A stretch of 64,000 bases of DNA from an uncultured Anaerolineaceae bacterium (GCA_964575425.1 CAZNRD010000008.1:3161-67160); one strand, 5' to 3'. Counted from the first letter of the stretch, positions 39,903 to 50,667 are shown. A program made the numbers and translations. Notes: generated by a model not told the origin, from the sequence alone.

Positions 39903-41252
39903 CTAGGCATGCCATCCTTGGAGGCGGAGGACTCGCTCGAGCACGGACAACACCTGTCGGGGAAGCCCGGCGGTGTCCATCCCCGAGGCGGCCAGGATCG
40001 CCAAACAGGGGAACGCAGGCAGCGAGTAGCGAGTGCCACCATAGGTGACCAGGCTCACGGCAAGCAAGGTGACCTGCGGCAGGATCAGGATGGCCGCCTG
40101 CCACGCCTGCCCACACAGAAGGAGGCGCCGGATCCCCAGAGCGACGAGCCCCCAGAACAGCACGGTACCAAGCAGGACCGCGATGAACGCGACCGAGGGC
40201 AGGCTCACCACCCCGGAGATGCTGAACGCCAGCGGCCACAAGAAACGACCTGCCTTGGCCGGGAGCAGAACCGCGAAGGCAGTCGGGTTGTCGGAAATCC
40301 ACGAGCGGGCGCGCTGGGAGAACTCGCGCTGGCTGTCCACCTCGCTCATGCCCGGCAATACATACGGCCCAGACCAGACAAAGCCACCGTCCGCCTGGGG
40401 GTTGTTCCCGCCGTACAAGTTGATGCCTGCGCTTGTGGTGAGAGGAACAAAGGCGTGGAAGACCCGCGCGTTCCGGACCACCCACGGAGCCAGCATGCCT
40501 GCCAAGAGTACGAAAGGGAGCAACGCAACGACGATCCGACGGTTGATCCTCTTCTCCCGGGGCCAGTACCTCCAGGCAAAGCACAGGCACATTGCACCGG
40601 CCAGGATCGCTAGGCTGGGCTTGAGGTATAGGCCAATGCCAAGAGCGGCCGCCATGGCTGCTCCCGCTGCCCCTCGCAAGCGCCCGGAGAGCAAGGCGAA
40701 CTCCGCCTCCGTCACACATCCGATAGCCAGCGTCTCGGGGTAGACCGAGATTGAGGTGGCGATCAGGATTGGGTTCACGGCAACGAATGCTGCGGCCACC
40801 ACGGCGATCGTCGGGTTCGCAGTAAGCCGCTTCGTCATGACGTAGACCGAGGCCACGACGATCGCGTCGACCAAGATCTGCACGACCTGGACGGCAAGCG
40901 GATGGGAGCCGACGGCATCCAATGCCGCCAGGACCATCGGGTATCCCGGCATCCGATATGCCGTCGCTGTTCCTCCATCGAAACGGAAGACCCCGGAGGC
41001 CAAGTTCCTCGCCAACTGAACGTAGTCAAGCGCGTCGCCACCTTCGACCAGTCGCAGCAGTTGGGGGATCCGCGCATAGAGGCTCAGCGCGACCAGCCGG
41101 GCAAATGACCCCAGGCTGATCAGCAGGCCGAGGATCAAGAGACTCGCGCGACCTTCCGCCCGAGTTCGAAATGAGCTTTGGGCATCCACCACGTCACCTG
41201 TCACAAAGCCCTTGCCACCCCCGGCGCGGATCGCTTGAAGCATTGCTTCCAC
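39903..41252 (-). CDS. GT-C (ArnT/PMT-like) membrane glycosyltransferase
   Basis: GDALDYVQLARNL…TAYRMPGYP, PETL, many TMs, GTRYSLP; start uncertain. Confidence 0.7.
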   Translation of the reverse strand: MEAMLQAIRAGGGKGFVTGDVVDAQSSFRTRAEGRASLLILGLLISLGSFARLVALSLYARIPQLLRLVEGGDALDYVQLARNLASGVFRFDGGTATAYRMPGYPMVLAALDAVGSHPLAVQVVQILVDAIVVASVYVMTKRLTANPTIAVVAAAFVAVNPILIATSISVYPETLAIGCVTEAEFALLSGRLRGAAGAAMAAALGIGLYLKPSLAILAGAMCLCFAWRYWPREKRINRRIVVALLPFVLLAGMLAPWVVRNARVFHAFVPLTTSAGINLYGGNNPQADGGFVWSGPYVLPGMSEVDSQREFSQRARSWISDNPTAFAVLLPAKAGRFLWPLAFSISGVVSLPSVAFIAVLLGTVLFWGLVALGIRRLLLCGQAWQAAILILPQVTLLAVSLVTYGGTRYSLPAFPCLAILAASGMDTAGLPRQVLSVLERVLRLQGWHA

Positions 41253-41258
41253 CGCCCG

Positions 41259-42815
41259 CTAAGGGACGTACGCGTAGAGGTATCTTGGATATCCATGATC
41301 CCAGCGCTTTGGAAGCGGGCGCAGCGAGGCAAACCGATCGCCGAAGTCTTCGACGAGCTGGTAGTGACCTTGCAGGAAAGCCAACCACGGATACGTGTCT
41401 AGCGGGACATGGGCCAGAATGTACGCAGGCCCGTGCGGTTCGAGAACCGGTGCCAGAAGCCTGCGGGTTGTCGGGTGGTCGCGTGTGTCACGCCCTGGTC
41501 CACGGATCATGTCTTCCAGCGCAACCCAATGGGCGGCGGGAAAGAGGGTGAAGTCCTGGCTGAACTGCCCAATCGTGGGCGCGTAGACCGGGCCGTTCAA
41601 GCCTCGCAGCGTGACAAGAAGGTCCTGGTAGGCCTCACGCGCATCTGCAGGGATCATGTAGCGGGATGGGTTGTAGAGAAGGAGCGAGAAGCTGGCAGCC
41701 AAACCAAGAAGCTGTGCAGATTGCATCCCCCGCCGCGGCAACTCCGTCGTCATCTCCGCCAGGGCCATGGTGCCAGTGACAATGAGCCAGGTCCCCATCG
41801 GAATGTAGACGTTGTTGGAGGAACCAGGGTCGAGGCTGCCAAGAAGACCTGTGAGGAGTGCGAAGAAAAGCTGCCAGTGCCAGATATCCGTGGCCTGTTT
41901 CGTCCGTCGCGCTCGCCAGTACACCATCCCCAGGGCCGCCGCAGAAAGGAACCCGTAATTGCACAGGACAAACGCCGCCGGCCGAAGGAGGGTCCACCGG
42001 GTGAAATCCGTCCACTGGCTGGGATCCTCCCACGTGAAGTAGTGAAACGCTGGGCCGAACACAGACGGTCCGACAACGAGGTAGGTGACTGGACCAAGCA
42101 GAATGGCCAGAAGCCAAGACGGAACGGACGCGCGAAAGCCCTTGCGCCATGTCAGGTAGAGTACGCCGCCGACTGCAAATAAGGCTCCGTGCTGTTTGAA
42201 CCAGAACGAGGCCACAAGCAGAAGAGTGCCCAGCAAGCAGCACAGCCGGGAGCGATCGCGGGTCATCAGACTCGTCCCAAGCAACGCAGAAAAGAGCATC
42301 CACGAGTCGGAATGGGCGCTGTCGAGATACGCATCCATCGCAGCATAGCCTGCGGCGAACAGGCCCGTCGCCACCAGTCCCCACTTACGCGAGCGGGTCC
42401 GGGCGGACACAGCCCAAAAGATCACCAACCCACAACCGATCGTTCCCAGAATCGCCACGATGCGAAGCGTTGGTAGAGTGACGCCCAGGATCCATCCGAA
42501 GGGGCTGGACAGCACGTAGTAGAGGGGATTGTAGGCGAGCGGAACGTAGCCCGGCTCCGGCTCAGGGTAGATAAGCTGGAAGGATGCCGCCCGCTGGAAG
42601 TGCTGCCAGACGACCCCCTCCATCAGATCGAGGTGTAAGGGGAACCAGGTGTGGTTCGCCCACAGGAAGACGAGGCACAGGATGGAGAGGCTCGACCAGG
42701 CGACAAGACCAGAGAACGCAAAAGCGGAATCTTTGCTCCGGCGCCGCGACCAATGGCGGTCAACTTGCAACAGGAGCACCGTGACAGCGACGGGTGCCAA
42801 TCGTGCGAGTATCAT
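41259..42815 (-). CDS. GT-C-like polytopic membrane protein
   Basis: DLMEG loop, YNPLYY, HSDS, WFKQ, many TMs, C-terminal soluble domain. Confidence 0.6.
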   Translation of the reverse strand: MILARLAPVAVTVLLLQVDRHWSRRRSKDSAFAFSGLVAWSSLSILCLVFLWANHTWFPLHLDLMEGVVWQHFQRAASFQLIYPEPEPGYVPLAYNPLYYVLSSPFGWILGVTLPTLRIVAILGTIGCGLVIFWAVSARTRSRKWGLVATGLFAAGYAAMDAYLDSAHSDSWMLFSALLGTSLMTRDRSRLCCLLGTLLLVASFWFKQHGALFAVGGVLYLTWRKGFRASVPSWLLAILLGPVTYLVVGPSVFGPAFHYFTWEDPSQWTDFTRWTLLRPAAFVLCNYGFLSAAALGMVYWRARRTKQATDIWHWQLFFALLTGLLGSLDPGSSNNVYIPMGTWLIVTGTMALAEMTTELPRRGMQSAQLLGLAASFSLLLYNPSRYMIPADAREAYQDLLVTLRGLNGPVYAPTIGQFSQDFTLFPAAHWVALEDMIRGPGRDTRDHPTTRRLLAPVLEPHGPAYILAHVPLDTYPWLAFLQGHYQLVEDFGDRFASLRPLPKRWDHGYPRYLYAYVP

Positions 42816-42818
42816 GGT

Positions 42819-45131
42819 CTATCTTGATGTCCGCGCCAGCAGGCTGCCTGACCCAATTGCCTCGCGCAGGAACGTCGCGACCGCTGCGTGGCCCGACTCG
42901 ACCCAGTGCATGTTGCGGGGTTGGTAGGGACACCCTTCCGCCGCCTGCAGAACCCCGCGCAGGTCTAGGAAAGGCAATCCAAGGTCCTGTGCGATGCCTG
43001 CCATCAAGCGCTGGGGCAGGTCAATGTCATAGAGCGACTCGTCGGAAAGATCGACTGAGCGAGGATAGTAAGCCAGCTCGCCGGGCTCACATACCTGGAC
43101 CGCCGACGGAGCCATGAGGAGAACAACCCGAGCGCCGATCCGCTTGGCAGTCCTCTCGATCCTGGCAAGCTGCAAGGCAACTTCGTGCCTGCCCTCCTCC
43201 TCGAACTCTGGGTGCCCGACTTCAAGCGCCAGGAAGCCACCATAGAAGTATCCTTGTTGCCGCGGCTCGCCCCGAAGGAGTTCTCGCAACGGCTCGTAGA
43301 CGTTCAGGCGAGTCCACCGCCGCAGGTGGGTCAGCGAGAGTATCTGTCGCCAGCCAAATGGATCCGGTTGCTCAAAGCCGATTGACTGCTGGAGCTCTGG
43401 GATGGTCAGGAGTGCGTCCTGGAAGTCGTTCGTCGAGGTCGCGACCAGGATCAGCTGGGGACCAAAGACTGCACCCGGGCCAGCGACAGCCTCGGCGTAT
43501 TGCTGCGGCCCATAGCCTGTGATCGAGAGGTTGAGCACCTCGACTGGCTGGGCAAGTGCCTCGGACAGCTCCTTCTCCAGCAGCCTGGGCCATCCCATTT
43601 CCGTGTCCACGCCCTCCGCGCTGGAAAACGCGTCGCCGACCACCAGGATTCGGAGCGTACCGGGACTCGCGGGATGCGAATAGGCAGGCCCCGGGAAACC
43701 GAGGGCATTGGCGCTGACCCAGTAGTCGTACGAGTCCCAGCGCAGGTGGGTTCGTTGCAGCGGTCTGAGACGCCAGCCGAGGACAGGATCCGGCGCAAGG
43801 GACGCCCTCTCGCCCCACCCAAGGACCTCCTGCGGATCAAATCGCCTGACGCACAACTCCCCCAGAACGAGTGTGCCCCCCGCGAACATGAGAACAAGGG
43901 AAAGGCGCACTGCAAGTCCTGTCCATCCCGTCCTCTGCCTCCAACGAAGAAGGCGCTGGCTGGTCCAACGGACTCCGGCTTCGAGGCCTATGGCCGACGC
44001 CAGGGTTAGCCCGATGGCAATCAGCGTCCCCGCAGCGGCCTCGGGGCCTATGGCCACACCCACAGGAAGCACCAGAAGGATCCATGGATGGTGAACCAGG
44101 TACATGGAGTACGAGTGCTCACCCAGCCACCGTGCTGGCCGAACCCACCATCGTGATTCCCGCACACGGGCCAATGCAGCATAGAAGAGCACAAAGAGAC
44201 CCGCGGCCTGCAGGGCTGGCGCGACCACCATTCCAGCGCCGGTAAGGGAGAGGGCGCTCCCTAGGCCGCAGGCGGCGACGGCCAGAAACACGCTGGACGG
44301 CCGCCTCAATCGCTGATCTGTGGCCCTGGGAGATTCGAACATCCATGCTGCGGCTGCAACGCCGACTAGGAATTCCGGTAATCGCGAAAGGAATACTGAC
44401 CCGCGCAACCACACGTCCATGTACGTCCCCAGGAACAACAGACCCACGCCGCGGGCGGCGAAGCCAATCCCGCTGCCTATCCACAGCAGGCGCGTCGGCC
44501 CCCATCGACGCAGCAGGGCCCACAAGACCGGGTACACCAGGTAGAGCTGCGCAACCAGCCCGAAATACCACCAAGCAGGAGAAAAGTAGTAGAAGAGTCC
44601 TCTCGTGATCCGGACCCCCATAAAGCTCATGTAGAACTCCGGGTCAAGGACCAGTGCCTTCCAGCCGGTCAGGAGGGCAAGAGCCGCGAAGCCAAGGTGG
44701 CTCCCCCACCAGAGCGGATAGATCCTCTCTGCCCGGCGCGCCATGAACAGGCCGATCGCGAACGGAGCATTGCCGTGGCGCTTCAACATCGCCAGCGTCA
44801 ACCCGAAGCCGCTGGTCACCAGGAAGATCTGTACACCGCAGTCGCCCGCCCAGCCCAGGTAGCGCAACAGGTTCACGGGGATATTGCCGATACCAAAGCC
44901 GCTGAGCGGAGCAAGTTGAGAGACGCGCGTTGCCAGAGGCGGCCAATCAAACGTCGGATTCCCGATGAGCGGGTAGCCGAAGGCCTGTTCGGCAGCGTGA
45001 TTGAGGAAGATCCAGGCCAACGCGGCCGCCTTCGTGATGTCAAGCCACGGCAGACGGTCTCCGGGGCTGGTCAGCCCAGCGACGGCGTGTCGACCGCCAT
45101 CTGTCAAAGTGGATCTCGGATGACTGCTCAT
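42819..45131 (-). CDS. Acyltransferase-3 (OafA/OatA-like) membrane domain fused to SGNH-fold domain
   Basis: LDITKA, GVQIFLVTSGF, RRAERIYP, WWYFGL, SYSMYLVH; then GDAFS, GYGPQQY, TNDF, NMHW. Confidence 0.85.
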   Translation of the reverse strand: MSSHPRSTLTDGGRHAVAGLTSPGDRLPWLDITKAAALAWIFLNHAAEQAFGYPLIGNPTFDWPPLATRVSQLAPLSGFGIGNIPVNLLRYLGWAGDCGVQIFLVTSGFGLTLAMLKRHGNAPFAIGLFMARRAERIYPLWWGSHLGFAALALLTGWKALVLDPEFYMSFMGVRITRGLFYYFSPAWWYFGLVAQLYLVYPVLWALLRRWGPTRLLWIGSGIGFAARGVGLLFLGTYMDVWLRGSVFLSRLPEFLVGVAAAAWMFESPRATDQRLRRPSSVFLAVAACGLGSALSLTGAGMVVAPALQAAGLFVLFYAALARVRESRWWVRPARWLGEHSYSMYLVHHPWILLVLPVGVAIGPEAAAGTLIAIGLTLASAIGLEAGVRWTSQRLLRWRQRTGWTGLAVRLSLVLMFAGGTLVLGELCVRRFDPQEVLGWGERASLAPDPVLGWRLRPLQRTHLRWDSYDYWVSANALGFPGPAYSHPASPGTLRILVVGDAFSSAEGVDTEMGWPRLLEKELSEALAQPVEVLNLSITGYGPQQYAEAVAGPGAVFGPQLILVATSTNDFQDALLTIPELQQSIGFEQPDPFGWRQILSLTHLRRWTRLNVYEPLRELLRGEPRQQGYFYGGFLALEVGHPEFEEEGRHEVALQLARIERTAKRIGARVVLLMAPSAVQVCEPGELAYYPRSVDLSDESLYDIDLPQRLMAGIAQDLGLPFLDLRGVLQAAEGCPYQPRNMHWVESGHAAVATFLREAIGSGSLLARTSR

Positions 45132-45260
45132 GTCCGAGGATAGTGGAAAGGAGCGTCGGCCTCGGGATGCTGAGGCGAGCGACTTCAGGTTCTCACCACA
45201 GCCCGGCGGCAATGTTGCCTCATCGATCGCGGAGGCCAGATGCGTCCAGGCAGGTGAGGG

Positions 45261-47552
45261 CTACCAGCTCTCGTCAGATGGGCGGCGCCGCACTCGCCAC
45301 CTGAGGACGCCATAGGCCGCCACCAGGGCGCACCCGATCGCGGCAGTCAACACCCAATGGGCTCGAACCCAATAGTAGAACGGGCGCGCGATGGGCTTGA
45401 CGGCACACGCCATGTCTCGCGCCCCCGCGGCCACGCTCCGCCGCAGATGATTCACCGGGCCAGCCGAAGGTGTCAGGAACTTATTGACCTCGGACACCGA
45501 GAAATTCCGATCCTCCGTAGCCGCAGCAACAACAAGATGGTAGACCGTGTCCGGCTGGAGGTTCTTGAATGTGACATGGTGCGTCAGCCCGTCAGGTCCG
45601 GTGACTGCAGCCAATGGATCAATTCCCAGCAAGTAGGTCAATGTCTCACCTTGACTGCTGACCAGCCAGGCCTCACCCTTGGCAGGCCGGTCCGTCCGCC
45701 AAGTGACAACCGCCGAGTGCGGCTCGGCTTCCACACTCAATGCCTCAATGACGGGAGGAAGAGGGTCCTGAGGAAACCTGAACTCAAGCGGCTCCCGCTC
45801 TACGACGCGCATCCGAGGTTCATCATCCAGGACCAGGGCCTCGGACGGCGTCGCCGGGCGCACGTCCATGTCAGCCAGCACGTTGTACGTGATCTGCTGG
45901 ATGCGGCTGTCTGGTTCAATGATCGCCAATCCCCACGACCACTGAATTGTGCCCGCGGCAAAGACCATCGCGCCGCTCGGAGCAGTGTAATAGGCCGCGC
46001 TTGAGAACCCGGGGCCGATGAAGTATCGCTCCGCCATATCGGATCCCAGCTCCCCGTAGGTTGGTGTCATCGTCACAACGGTGAGCCCCTCAGGGTCCCA
46101 GCCGTTGTTGCCGACCGTGTCCCACTCCCAGCCGATCAACTGGCGGCCGATGTCGACATAGCTTCCACTCGGCAGTTGATCCAAGCCTGTGTTGCGAAAG
46201 ACTCTGTCATGAGTCATCTCGGCGGACACGCGCAGAGGAAAGAATACTGTGGCATTTGCTCCGGTGAACATGATGCCGACGAGCTCATTCTCAGGACGGT
46301 TCGGGCCGTTGGGGTCCCGCCACAGGGAAGTCGGATCCCCAGTCGGGTCGGCGGGCCCGCTTTCTGCAGTCTTGTAGCAGACCATCGCCAGATCGGCCTC
46401 CCCCGTCCACGGATCTGCCTCAAAGCGGATCTTCCAATACCCGGTGTTGCCGGTGAAAAAAGCCAGGTGGATCCCCGCATCCCGCGCCTGTGTCATGGCG
46501 CCCCGCATCTCCGCACTCCAGTACTCGTCGTGGCCCACCGCAAGAAAGACTTTGTGTTCGAGCAGTTCATTCGCGTGACCGGGGAGTCCGGACCAATGCG
46601 TATCGAGACTGGTGGAGTAGCTGACGTCATAGCCCTGTGCTTCGAGCCAGTACACCATGGGATACTCCACCCGGAAGTAGCTCGTGGGGTCTGTGGGCGG
46701 CACGACGTGGGGGCGCGCCAGGGATACCTTGACGGCGCGAGGGGCATCCGCCACCGTCTCACAGTGCCCGCTGTTGAAGCTGTAGAGGGACTTGCCGCCA
46801 TAGTTGTTGTACGCCTGGTAGGTGGAGAGATCGTACTGATACAGAATGTCAGCTCCTCGCTCGTCATCCCGCACGACGAAAGGAATCACGCTCTTCCGAC
46901 CATCATCCCGACGAGTCAGAACGGCCAGGTATACTCCTGAGACCCAGTCGCCAGGCACCGTGAGCGTCCAGGACGTCTGCCAGTTCGCACAACTCCGCAG
47001 GCCAAGCGTCGGATCGTCCAGGCATGGTGGCTGCACACCTCCGCGGACCGACGCGATGCTCATGACCAACCGGCCGCCCTTGCCAGCGTAGTACCCGCTC
47101 CGGTAGATGTCGATGTCGAAGGCAGGAGCGCTCGTTGACACCCGGAACTCCACCGTGTCGCCCAGGGCCACACTCGTAGGGAAGACGTACCCTACAATCG
47201 TGTAGCTGGGTTCTGGCACAAACCAATCATCGCTTCCAGGCTTGCAGTTCTCCTCGACGACGGGATTGGCTGGAGCCCGACAATCAGATGGCTGCGCCAT
47301 ACCCAAGGGCGCATGACTCGATGGGGTGAATGCCAGCGGACTTGCGAACGTAAGCCGGTGACGCTCGATATGCTCCCGCACGGCGGCTTCTATCTTCTCT
47401 GCCACGATGTGCGCTACCGCTGGGACGCCGGCAAGACCAGCCAATCCCACGAGCAACGCAGCGACACGAGGCCATCGCCCGGCACGCCATGCCGGAACCG
47501 TGACTGGTGGCATCGATCCCCTGCGGGAACTCGCGATGTCAATTGTGCCCAT
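45261..47552 (-). CDS. Membrane-anchored protein with DUF6605 / N,N-dimethylformamidase-beta-subunit-like domain and FN3-like domain
   Basis: N-terminal TM/signal; TYQAYNNYGGKSLY, EYPMVYWLEAQGYDVSY, VGHDEYWS, FFTGNTGYW; HSAVVTWRTD…HHVTFKNLQPDTVY; C-terminal TM + RRR. Confidence 0.72.
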   Translation of the reverse strand: MGTIDIASSRRGSMPPVTVPAWRAGRWPRVAALLVGLAGLAGVPAVAHIVAEKIEAAVREHIERHRLTFASPLAFTPSSHAPLGMAQPSDCRAPANPVVEENCKPGSDDWFVPEPSYTIVGYVFPTSVALGDTVEFRVSTSAPAFDIDIYRSGYYAGKGGRLVMSIASVRGGVQPPCLDDPTLGLRSCANWQTSWTLTVPGDWVSGVYLAVLTRRDDGRKSVIPFVVRDDERGADILYQYDLSTYQAYNNYGGKSLYSFNSGHCETVADAPRAVKVSLARPHVVPPTDPTSYFRVEYPMVYWLEAQGYDVSYSTSLDTHWSGLPGHANELLEHKVFLAVGHDEYWSAEMRGAMTQARDAGIHLAFFTGNTGYWKIRFEADPWTGEADLAMVCYKTAESGPADPTGDPTSLWRDPNGPNRPENELVGIMFTGANATVFFPLRVSAEMTHDRVFRNTGLDQLPSGSYVDIGRQLIGWEWDTVGNNGWDPEGLTVVTMTPTYGELGSDMAERYFIGPGFSSAAYYTAPSGAMVFAAGTIQWSWGLAIIEPDSRIQQITYNVLADMDVRPATPSEALVLDDEPRMRVVEREPLEFRFPQDPLPPVIEALSVEAEPHSAVVTWRTDRPAKGEAWLVSSQGETLTYLLGIDPLAAVTGPDGLTHHVTFKNLQPDTVYHLVVAAATEDRNFSVSEVNKFLTPSAGPVNHLRRSVAAGARDMACAVKPIARPFYYWVRAHWVLTAAIGCALVAAYGVLRWRVRRRPSDESW

Positions 47553-47602
47553 GCGTCCCCTTCTCCCCACTCCGGCCCACCGACTCCAAGTGAAGGGCAG
47601 GC

Positions 47603-49138
47603 CTAACGCAACCCGTAGAGCTCGTATCCGCCGATCGCGTATACGAGCTCGTATTCCGTCACCAGCACATCTGGCGGATACAAACCTACCCAACGGGCGA
47701 ACTTGCCCACCAGGACATAAGGCGGCGCCGTCGGCTGGTCGAAGTCGTAGCTCTCCGAGGGCGGAGGCCCGCCTCGCCAGATATGGGCGACTGCTGTGTT
47801 CAGCAAGGACTGCGGTGGGTAGTGAAAGGTGTGGTCCGTCAGGAATCCCATCTCTGGTTCCCAGGTCTCAATCAGAACTGTCCGGGAAATGTGCTCATCC
47901 AGGTACTCTGCCATGGCCGCCGGCGCATTGAACGGTGGCGAGACGATCTCACGAACCGTCTGAGCCAGCGGGATGAGAATCATCATGACCAGCCAGCCCA
48001 AGCCTGCCAGTCGCAGCCCTTGGGCTACCCACAAATCCGGAGCCGCTCCGGGCGCAGACCCGGGGGGCGCCTTCCCGCCGAAACCCCCTGCCCAGTCCTC
48101 GATCAGTTTGGCTACGAAGAGGGCAGCGATGGCCAGTGCAGGAAACGCGTAGCGCAACCAGCCGATGGAAGCAATTGCGTACCACAGGAGGTTGACGAGA
48201 ACAAAGGCCGTCAGGAAAGCCCAAGATAGCCCCAGGATTGTCCTGGCTCGGCTCTGCCAGATTGCGTAGATAACGGAAGGCAGAAGGGCGCCTAGGAAGA
48301 CCTTCCAATCCAGCAGCTCGCGGACCGATCGCTCAAGCAGGGTCGGCGAGAACACCACAGCCGCCCCACTGGCTGTCTGACTGAGTTGGCGCAGGTTCTC
48401 GGCAAGCGACAACGGCGACAGGGCCAGGACCAGAACCCCCTGCCAGCCTGCAAACAGCACAATGCACAGGGAGACCGGCAAGAGAAATACCCGATGTGGG
48501 ACAGCGCGGTAGTAGGTGAGGTTGGCCAACCACCCCACGACCAGGGCTGGAACCAGCACAATCAGAGTCTGCTGCTTGGTAACCGCTGCCAGGCCAAAGA
48601 GGAGACCGACCACAGCGAGCCTGCTTGTCGACGGATGAGTCATTGCCGCAAACCAGAGGCAGGTTCCACAGAGAAGAAAGAACAGCGCGGGTACCTCACC
48701 CAGAACCTGCCTCCCATACTCAATCGCCGGCGCACCGCGCGAGGAGACAAACAGGACCGTCGCGATCCACGCGTACCAGAGACCGCCCAGGCGCCGTGCG
48801 ACAGCATAGAAGGCGACGGCACATCCCATCAGATACAGCGCAACCACAAGCCGAGCCTGCCATAGCCCAATGCCGAGCACGGCGAATGACCCCGCAATTG
48901 GAAGCATGACCGTCGGCCCGACACCTGTCGATGGACCGAAGTAGCGGAAGCCTTCGCTGCTGCGATCGGCGTACACCCCAAACTGCACCAGGGTCTTAGG
49001 GACATGGAGATGCGACCCCTCGTCAAACCAGATAAGGGGATACTGATCCAACCGCCAGAAGGCCAGTATGCCCAGTGCTGCGATCGAGACCAGCAGCACC
49101 AGCGTATAGGGTCGGTTCGGCACAGGCGGCACGCTCAC
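47603..49138 (-). CDS. GT39/ArnT-like GT-C membrane glycosyltransferase
   Basis: GTG start; WFDEG in first loop, GEVP, TKQ, WLRY; C-terminal soluble domain. Confidence 0.8.
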   Translation of the reverse strand: MSVPPVPNRPYTLVLLVSIAALGILAFWRLDQYPLIWFDEGSHLHVPKTLVQFGVYADRSSEGFRYFGPSTGVGPTVMLPIAGSFAVLGIGLWQARLVVALYLMGCAVAFYAVARRLGGLWYAWIATVLFVSSRGAPAIEYGRQVLGEVPALFFLLCGTCLWFAAMTHPSTSRLAVVGLLFGLAAVTKQQTLIVLVPALVVGWLANLTYYRAVPHRVFLLPVSLCIVLFAGWQGVLVLALSPLSLAENLRQLSQTASGAAVVFSPTLLERSVRELLDWKVFLGALLPSVIYAIWQSRARTILGLSWAFLTAFVLVNLLWYAIASIGWLRYAFPALAIAALFVAKLIEDWAGGFGGKAPPGSAPGAAPDLWVAQGLRLAGLGWLVMMILIPLAQTVREIVSPPFNAPAAMAEYLDEHISRTVLIETWEPEMGFLTDHTFHYPPQSLLNTAVAHIWRGGPPPSESYDFDQPTAPPYVLVGKFARWVGLYPPDVLVTEYELVYAIGGYELYGLR

Positions 49139-49289
49139 GGAATCCTCACAAGACGACGAACGTCACCCATGTCGACGTGGATCGTAGTGCCCGTCTTGGC
49201 AACGGCAAAGTGAGGACATGACCCTGTTGCCGCGTTGGCTGCCCAGCGCCGGCCGGCATCGACACGCCGCCCGGCTTGTCCCCGGACCA

Positions 49290-50660
49290 TCATGCTGCGA
49301 CAATCCTTGCGTCCTGACTAGAATCGGAATGCACACGGGCGCTCTGGGCGGCGCCCACCATGGTCGCGAGGATGCGTTCCGCCGTCCGGCCGGCATGGCG
49401 CGTCACCGATTCACCGTTGGTGAGCCCTGGATAGATCTGCGCGGTCGTCGAGAGGAATAGCCCCCTGATCGGCGTCTGAATCTCGGGAATGAGATGAGCC
49501 TCATTGAGGCCATGAAGTGGTTCCACCAGTCGCTCCCGGTGCACGAGGAAGAAGCGAACCGAGGATAGATCGAAACCGGGGAACATCTGCCGGAGGTTCT
49601 CCAGCCACATCCTCCGGATCTCGTCATCCGACGCTCTCTGGAGCGGACTCTCTGGAAGCGTGTACTTCGGGAGGTAAACCAGGTGATACCCGCCAACGTA
49701 TCCGGGGTCGATGTAGCTGGTAGTCTCGATGACACCGGTGAAAGGCACGCGGGGGTCGGTGATGTTCAACGTCCAGTAGCCGCTCAGCGGGCGATCCATC
49801 ACCAGGACCGGGCACACGACCCCCAGATAGCGCAATCGCCCGAGGAACTCGAGGTAATCCGGATCAGCTGCCGGGATCAGACGGCGGAAGATGGGAGCCT
49901 GCATCGTGGCAACGATCTTGTCAAACGGGACCAGCTCGCCCTGTGCCCTCAACCCTACCGTGGACGAGTTTTCAATCACGATCTCCTGGACTGGCGTTCC
50001 CAGGTGAATCCGCCCTCCGGCGGCCTCAATCCGCTCGGCCATTGCCTGCAGCAGCGTCGCATAACCGCCGATCAGGTGTCCGGCTTCTTCGCGCTGGCTC
50101 GCTCCACCCCGCGTCGACTTCATCCGGACCAGGCGTGCCCAGATGTAGGTCGCCGGCGCGCCGTCGAAGCTGCCGTCGAACTTGGCCCGCAGCAGAGGGC
50201 CCCAGATGCTCTCAAACACCCGGCGTCCACTCCAGCGCACAAGCCAATCCTCAACGCTGACGCTCTCCAGTCGTCTCCAGTCCTTGATGAACTGAGCAAC
50301 CAGGACGGTCATCCCCAGCCGAAATCGATCAGCCCAACCGAGCAAGGGGAACCTCAGGAACTCGAGCGTCGAGTTCATCGACACGATTCGGCCGTCATGG
50401 TAGAAGCCCATGCGCGTGCCGCGGAACCTCAGTTGATCGTCAATCCCCAGCTCGTGGCACAGCCTCCGCAGGTGCGAGTCGCTCGAAAGGATGGCATGAT
50501 AGAAGCGGTCGATAGTCGTACCGTCCGGGAGGACCAGCGGTCCCGCCAGCCCACCGAGGGTCCGCGATGCCTCAAAGATCTCAACCGCCACACCCTTACG
50601 GGACAGGAAGTACCCAATGCTGACTCCCATGATCCCGCCGCCCACGATCGCGATGGCCAT
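49290..50660 (-). CDS. FAD-dependent oxidoreductase (protoporphyrinogen oxidase/amine oxidase-like)
   Basis: IVGGGIMG, EASRTLGGLA, DRFYH; C-terminal GLFLSTTAQIYP. Confidence 0.85.
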   Translation of the reverse strand: MAIAIVGGGIMGVSIGYFLSRKGVAVEIFEASRTLGGLAGPLVLPDGTTIDRFYHAILSSDSHLRRLCHELGIDDQLRFRGTRMGFYHDGRIVSMNSTLEFLRFPLLGWADRFRLGMTVLVAQFIKDWRRLESVSVEDWLVRWSGRRVFESIWGPLLRAKFDGSFDGAPATYIWARLVRMKSTRGGASQREEAGHLIGGYATLLQAMAERIEAAGGRIHLGTPVQEIVIENSSTVGLRAQGELVPFDKIVATMQAPIFRRLIPAADPDYLEFLGRLRYLGVVCPVLVMDRPLSGYWTLNITDPRVPFTGVIETTSYIDPGYVGGYHLVYLPKYTLPESPLQRASDDEIRRMWLENLRQMFPGFDLSSVRFFLVHRERLVEPLHGLNEAHLIPEIQTPIRGLFLSTTAQIYPGLTNGESVTRHAGRTAERILATMVGAAQSARVHSDSSQDARIVAA

Positions 50661-50667
50661 TGGTCCC

